64,000 bases of DNA, taken from assembly GCF_028641065.1 (NCBI RefSeq), contig NC_073414.1:8308001-8372000 (forward strand), written 5' to 3'. Below the pieces are notes generated by a model. It ran no database searches. It had not been told where the DNA came from and saw nothing but the letters and a program-made list of their open reading frames with translations. A program made the translations under genes and the position numbers. Below, one piece after another: positions 61,348 through 64,000 of the stretch. This DNA comes from Leucoraja erinacea (taxonomy: Eukaryota). Each line of letters begins with the position of its first letter. The stretch's first letter is position 1.

Positions 61348-61527
61348 GAGTTACAATGTGTCAATTTCATGTATTCAGCGACTCTGCTACAATGTATCCA
61401 CATCATGTGCCACGCCAATACAACGTGTCAATGTCATGTACGGGACGAGTTACAATGTATCAATGTCGTGTACTCGATGTTACATCGTGTCAGTTTCACG
61501 TCTGAGATGAGTTACAATGAGTTCAAC
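61348..61527 (+). repeat. Degenerate ~30-38-bp minisatellite (gagttacaatgtgtcaatgtcatgta core), ~6 units
   Basis: Units start at ~61348, 61386, 61417, 61447, 61476, 61509. Confidence 0.7.
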
Positions 61528-63129
61528 AAGCTGGAAACATCGAAGGTAAGACAAAAATGCTGGAGAAACTCAGCGGGTGAGGCAGCAGAGGTAACGTTTC
61601 GGGTCGAGACCCTTCTCCAGACTTCCTCTGTCTTTGGGTACTTTGTGAATCCCGGTGATCTCCGATCCCGCGTCAAGACCAGGAAATAGTCAGTTTCAAA
61701 TGATATTTACAGACTGTAGCGTGGGACCTCTTCGCTGTAGTTAGGGGTGTGGGTGGGGGGGGTTTGGTGGGGGGGGGGGGGGGTGGTTTTTCGCAGTCAT
61801 TATTTTCAACCAAAGAGTTGAAAGGGGTACAAAGGTGGAGGGAGAGACGGACGGGGGCGAGGAGAGGGAGAAGGCGGAGAGAGCTGCGTGTGTATTCGTT
61901 CGTAAATAGCGAGTGATTCATCGAGGAGAGGGCGCCTTCGGGATCGTGACGAATGGAGTCGACTCAGCCTCGAAACTGTTCCCTCCTCTCCCAGTTTCAC
62001 TTTTTTTTGGAAAGTCGAGGAGGAAAAGTTTTCTTGGAAGTTGATCTTAAAGTAGCTGAAACTCTGGAAAGGGAGAGCTGTAAATCTTTAAATCCACCCT
62101 CCATTCCCACACTGACCTTTCTGTCCTGGGCCTCCGCTACTGTGCAAATTGGAGGAACAGCACCTCATATTTCACTTGGGCAGCTTTCACCCCAGCGGTA
62201 TGAACATTGACTTCTCTAACTTCAATAGAGAAGGCAGGTACGGGATACTGAGTTGGATGATCAGCCATGATCATATTGAATGGCGGTGCAGGCTCGAAGG
62301 GCCGAATGGCCTACTCCTTCACCTAATTTCTATGTTTCTATGTTTCCCTCTCTCACCATCCCAGTTCTCCGACCAGTCTGACTGTCTCCGACAACATTTA
62401 TCTTGCCCTGTTGTTGCCTTCTCCTATCTAACAATGATCTATTCTAGTCTTCCCTGATCTCCATCCCCTTTGTCCTGTTTTCACGCCTTGCACCTCCTTA
62501 TCTTTGTATCTCCCTCTCCCCTGACTGAGTCTGAAGAAGGGCCTCCACCCGTAACATCACCCATTCCTTCTCTCCAGAGATGCTGCCTGTCCCACTGAGT
62601 CAAGGGCCTGTCCCACTTGGACGTTCACGCAGATGGTGCGTGAAGATTTTGTACATCCCAAAATCCTGGGGCGCCGTGCGCGACCATGCGTCACTGCCTA
62701 CGTCACCACGCACCATGTGCTTGTACACTCTGGAGTTTAGAAGGATGAGAGGGCATCTCATTGAAACATATAAGATTGTTAAGGGCATGGACACGCTAGA
62801 GGCAGGAAACATGTTCCCGATGTTGCGGGAGTCCAGAACCAGGGGTCACACACAGTTTAAGAATAAGGGGTCGTCCATTTAGAACGGAGACGAGGAAACA
62901 CTTTTTCTCACAGAGAGTGGTGAGTCTGTGGAATTCTCTGCCTTGGAGGGCGGTGGAGGCAGGTTCTCTGGATGCTTTCAAGAGAGAGATAGATAGGGCC
63001 CAGGAGAGATAGGGAAGGGGAGTTACAACAGGGATTCAGCAACTGGGATTTTCATTTCTCTCTCAGAGACACTGGCCTGGGACTTAACCAACTTCCTCGC
63101 TTACCCATCCATATGCCTGGGGGTATCTG

Positions 63130-63500
63130 TCCCCCTTCTTCCCATCCTGCTTCTCCCCACTTCCCTCCCCCCATCTCCCCACCACCATCTCCCCACCCCC
63201 CATACTCCCCTCCCATCCCATTCTCCCCCCCCATCTCCCCACCCCCCATCCCCCACCCCCATCTCCCCACCCCCATCCCCCACCCCCATCTCCCCCCCCC
63301 CCATCTCCCCCCATCTCCCCACCCCCCCCCCCCCAACCCCATCTCCCCACCCCCATCTTCCCCCCCCATCCCCCCCCCCCCATCTCCCTCTCCTCTCCTC
63401 ACAACTCTTCCCCACCCCCCCCCCCCCCCCCATCTCCCCACCTTCCATCTCTCCACCAACCCCCCATTTCCCCTTCTCCCCCCACCGCCCCCCCCCCTCA
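63130..63500. repeat. C-rich (CCCCAT/CCCCAC) low-complexity repeat
   Basis: Direct inspection. Confidence 0.85.
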
Positions 63501-64000
63501 CATCACCCCGTATTTATTGAGCTTTTTATTTTTTCTCTCTTCCCGTTATATACAATGTTTACATATTCACATCTTCTGTTGTGCTGCAGCAAGTAAGAGC
63601 ATATGACAATAAAACACTCTTGACTCTTCTCCCCACCACTTCTCCCCATCCCCCCCCCTCCCCTCCCCCATTCCTCCTCCTCTCCCCCATCTGAAGAATC
63701 CTCCTGCCTGCCTGCCTGCCTGCCTTGCCCAGAGATCATCCCTTCAGCCTCCCCTGGTTCCCCTCCCCCTCCCCCTGCCTGTCCTCTCCTGTATGGTAAC
63801 CTGTCCCACTGTCTGCCTCACCCAGCATCTGGCTGATGTCCAGTCCCCCCCCGCCATTTGTCCCTGTGTCTAGACCATCATTGTTAGTCTGCCCCCCCCC
63901 CCCCCCACCCCCAGCCTCCGGCCTCCTGCCTGTCCTTCCTGTTTCTCTTTAGCCTCTTCCCGTAAGTCAAAGCAAAAGGGAAACGGATAAGACATTCATA

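Noticed and set aside
60358-61418. 250-305 aa proline-rich ORFs
   Set aside because: Translation of the G/A-rich tract, open in several frames
61348-61527. CRISPR-like repeat/spacer appearance
   Set aside because: Vertebrate DNA, degenerate repeats, spacers too short, no cas genes; kept only as a minisatellite

Overview
Repeat-rich vertebrate genomic DNA, most likely from a cartilaginous fish (skate/ray), inferred from HE1-type V-SINEs and their CR1/HER1-like partner LINEs. Host genes: (1) a complete 5-exon BLVRB (biliverdin reductase B/flavin reductase) on the minus strand, CDS 14239->172, 205 aa, all introns GT-AG; (2) an intronless, divergent thioredoxin-fold gene with a WCEFC active site (35067->34699, minus), head-to-head across a CpG-rich bidirectional promoter with (3) a SERTA-domain gene (non-coding exon 1 ending at 35955, single coding exon 45762-46565); (4) a probable promoter and first exon of a further plus-strand gene near 61.2-61.35 kb. 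The rest is mostly CR1 and Rex1/Babar LINE 3' ends, HE1 and CORE SINEs, Penelope-like element (PLE) fragments, hAT and Harbinger MITEs, a probable Helitron, low-complexity tracts and four assembly gaps. Main discovery: a ~135-bp SINE-like element, present in three copies with target-site duplications (TSDs), whose 5' end is a compact 54-nt HDV/CPEB3-type self-cleaving ribozyme fold starting at the predicted cleavage site. The window also has many minimal hammerhead motifs in PLE-derived insertions and a 38-bp fully palindromic hAT-type micro-transposon. All RNA structures were derived by eye; no activity or database search was tested.
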